20,000 bases of DNA from Elsinoe ampelina (Eukaryota): contig ML992526.1 of assembly GCA_010093995.1 (NCBI GenBank), forward strand, positions 61,257-81,256, read 5' to 3'. A program made the position numbers and the translations under genes. This document shows, piece by piece, positions 17,308 through 20,000 of this stretch. Below the pieces are notes generated by a model. It was not told where the DNA came from and made no database searches. It worked only from the letters and a program-made list of their open reading frames with translations. The number at the start of each line of letters is the position of its first letter. The stretch's first letter is position 1.

Positions 17308-18483
17308 ATAGATAACTACTCGCGCGTGCTCCTTACAAGCCTCCTCTCCGCCACTTTGCTTACTTAGTTAGAGGACATATACGAGCCTCTAGGGGTTACT
17401 AGTAACTATCGGCTTAATACTTAAGACTTTAGCCTTAACTAGATTAACTAGAGTATCGAGGTTAACAAGGACTATAAGCAGTATATACAGTGTATAGTAG
17501 CCTCCTTCTACTATCTCTATAAGCGCTTAATAATAACTACTCTAGTACTTAATAATAGCTATAAATTACTTACTTATTATAAGCTCTTTATTACTCTCTA
17601 TATCCTTACTACTAGCGCTAGCTATTGCTACATCGCCGCTAAGGTTAGTGTAGTTATTTAAATAGTTAGTTAATTCTTCTATTAAGCCTTATAAAGCCTC
17701 TTCTCTTTATATAACAAATATGTAGTACTAATTATAATACTCTAAGTGCTACTAGATATCTAGATAAATTACAAGTTTTAGCCTTACTTCTAAGGCTATA
17801 TTAGCGCTCTTAATAGTACTTATATTCCTACTTATATTCTCGGCAAGTAATTAGCTTAGAGAAATCGAAAAGGTAGCCTATTATAGAACATATTAGTAGT
17901 TATAAACTATAAGATAAAGTTTACCTACCTATTACTAGAATAGGAGGGGTCTACGTATAATACTTAAGTGCTTACTAACGCTTATAACAAGAGCTTCTCT
18001 ACTCTAGAGAGGACTTACTATCTTGCTAATACTAGATATAGCAATAGGATCGATATCTTAGTGCCCTATTAAGGTGTAAGGTACTATCTCTAAGAGTATA
18101 AGGCTGCTGACTAACGGCCTTAGTATCTAAAAGAGCTCTTTAATTTGCGCTATTTATAACTCTATAATATTATTAAAAGAAGCTTTAGACTACTTAAGAG
18201 ATAGTAGTAGATATTAGATAAGCGATTTAAGTACCCCTCGATACTTACGTAGGTACGAATAGTATACTATCTAGCTATGCTTTATAACCTTCTACTAAGT
18301 ATTTAGATAGCTATCTATCTCGAGGAGGTAGAGGAGAAGAGAGAGGAGAAGGTTAATAAGTTCTCTAAGCCTATTAGCTATCTAATAGGTAAAGGTAGAG
18401 GTAATATATATATAGTTAAATATTGTAACAAGATAACTAAAGAGATATAGCGTAATTACTAGCTTAAGCTATAGCGGCGCTAA
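17308..18483 (+). pseudogene. RIP-destroyed PIF/Harbinger DDE transposase (HARBI1/DDE_Tnp_4-like), ~390 codons; ends approximate
   Basis: One frame without frameshifts reads 'PYF*GYISALNSTYIP..RNRKGSLL*NIL..FTYLLLE*EGSTYNT*VL..YYLANTRY..LVPY*GVRYYL*E..ELFNLRYL*LYNIIKRSFRLLKR***IL'. Reversing C>T/G>A gives GCIGALDGTHIP, RNRKG, GWEGSAHD, YYLADAGY, PY.GVRYHL.E and ELFNLRHS.LRN.IERSFG.LK.RW.IL. Confidence 0.92.
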
Positions 18484-18659
18484 GGTTAATAGAAGGGGTA
18501 GTAAACGATCTAGTATAATTAAATAATAGTTTCTAGTTATTTAACAATCGTTTAGTAGCTTCTATATTTAAATTAGATATATAATAAAGGTTATAAGTAA
18601 GTATAAAGAATTAAAGAGGTTATAAAAAACACCTCGCTACCTATCCTAAAAGGGTAATA

Positions 18660-19800
18660 GTTATATAAGAAGTAAACTTTAAGCTATAAAGGCTCTTTAT
18701 CCTCCTCCTATTATACCTCTCTAGCTACCTTGTCTTTAACAAGTATTATAAGTAGTAAGTTAGTCTATTTACTTACTAGCTTATATCTTATACTATTATC
18801 TAACTTAAGCTAGTATTCTACTATCTCCTTTAAGGCTAGTAAAGCCTTAATCTTTATAGCTAGTACAAGATAAGTAAACTCCTTAGTAAATTTAGCTATT
18901 GCTTATATAACTACTAAAGGCCTCTTAGCTATCTTATTCGACCTCTTAATTTCATTAAGAATAGCTTATATTATCTAGTTTACCTTATCTATCTTCTACC
19001 TCTTATTTAGAAGTATTAAGCTTACTAGTATACTTATATATAAGAAGGCTACTAGCGTTAAGGGCGGCTATATAAGGTAAGGGCTTAGAGACTAGCTAAA
19101 TTTTATAGGCCTATCTAACTCTTCTACTGTCTACTATACTCCTCTCTTCTTCTTCTTCTCCTTACTAACCTTAAGTATATTAGTAGAAGTAAGAGTATAC
19201 TTACTACTAGCTATAACGTTACTCTAAAGCTCGTTACTAAGATCTAGCTACTTAAACTTATAGTATCTAAATTTTTAAGCACTAGGGTAAGAGGCAAAAT
19301 ACTTCTCTATTATATAAGGCTTAGTATATAGTATACTATTACTATCTACTATCTAACTAGACTATTAGCAAAGCGTCTTATAATTCGACTAATCCCCCTT
19401 TAAAGCCCTATACTTATTACGAATCTTCTCCTCCGTTATATCGCTAGCTTCTAGAAGCTATATTACTACTATAATAAGTAGTATAGCCTACTAAAAGGTA
19501 ATAGCCTTAAAGCTAAATTAAGCTTATTTACTAGTAGCCTTCTCCCTTACTAAGAAACTAAGGAGTATAGAGACTATATTATTAGTCTAGCTGCTATTAA
19601 ATCGCTGCGGCGCTAGCGTTAATAATACTATAGAGGTTGCTCGGAAGGTTAGCTAGCTAGCTAGTAGCGCTATTAAGGTTATAATTAAGGTAGTAGAGGG
19701 GGTAGGAGAGGAGGTAGTAGAGGAGGTACTTTATAAGAGGTGTTATACGAGGTTTGCTTATGCGTTTACTAAGACTAGCAAAAAGACTAGTTATCTATAT
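18660..19800 (-). pseudogene. RIP-destroyed Myb/SANT-like DNA-binding ORF (second Harbinger ORF); ends approximate
   Basis: The minus frame at ~19590-19200 reads '*TNNIVSILLSFLVREKATSK*A*FSFKAITF**A...ITEEKIRNKYRALKGD*SNYKTLC**SS*...KYFASYPSA*KFRY..', de-RIPping to WTDDM..LL.FL..EK..GKQ.QSGFK...EK.RNKY..LK.DW..YK.L.QQSGW...YF.SHP.A.KFR, the Myb/SANT-like pattern. Confidence 0.75.
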
Positions 19801-19985
19801 ACATAAATACGAGAGTAAGTATAAAGAACTAGCCTTAATAAGCTAACCTTACTCTATTAGGCCATCGAGTTAGTCTAGCTAGTCAAAAGCGCCACTAGAA
19901 GACCGACTGTTGGTTATCGAAGAATACGCAAATCGGTCATCTATTACACCTTCCTAATCGAGCACAAAAAACCGGTCAAATTCGA

Positions 19986-20000
19986 CGAAGGATACGGGCC
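19986..20000 (-). repeat. Right terminal inverted repeat of the Harbinger element (possibly truncated by ~1 nt at the window edge)
   Basis: CGAAGGATACGGGCC is a 13/15 reverse-complement match to 17082..17096. Confidence 0.78.

Larger units (their letters stand above)
17081..20000. mobile_element. PIF/Harbinger-superfamily DNA transposon, ~2.9 kb, inactivated by RIP; right end at or just beyond the window edge
   Basis: Abrupt AT-rich block with TpA excess and CpA/TpG depletion, containing transposase (+) and Myb/SANT (-) relics, and bounded by 15-bp imperfect inverted repeats. Confidence 0.9.

Noticed and set aside
17260..19860. AT-rich block as centromere, organellar insert or horizontally acquired DNA
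   Set aside because: Fully explained by RIP of a TIR-bounded Harbinger element with readable relic frames.

Overview
Filamentous-ascomycete (Pezizomycotina) nuclear DNA with short GT-AG introns. The DHN-melanin gene suggests a melanised fungus (inference). From 1 to ~17.0 kb the window is gene-dense: a TinA/Msd1-like spindle-pole coiled-coil protein (-), scytalone dehydratase (+), a three-RRM Nam8/Ngr1/Csx1-like RNA-binding protein (+), a conserved hypothetical 'MRYxDWD' protein with a 12-nt microexon (+), the Hrd3/Sel1 ERAD subunit (+), a lineage-specific stretch of low-complexity and small Cys-rich ORFs, 60S ribosomal protein eL20 (+) and a peroxisomal crotonase-family enzyme (-). From 17,081 to the window end lies an apparently full-length, heavily RIP-mutated PIF/Harbinger DNA transposon. 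It is invisible to the ORF track but keeps both TIRs plus convergent transposase and Myb/SANT relics, and it sits 76 bp upstream of the crotonase start codon. I found no clearly novel multi-gene system. The most unusual signals are three sharp C-rich-to-G-rich skew inversions running through coding sequence, several splicing oddities (microexons, a CAGCAGAAG acceptor, UTR introns, a hairpin-filled short intron), and an ATG-free ~930-nt leader region with a single uORF. All splice models and translations were derived by hand; no database searches were run.
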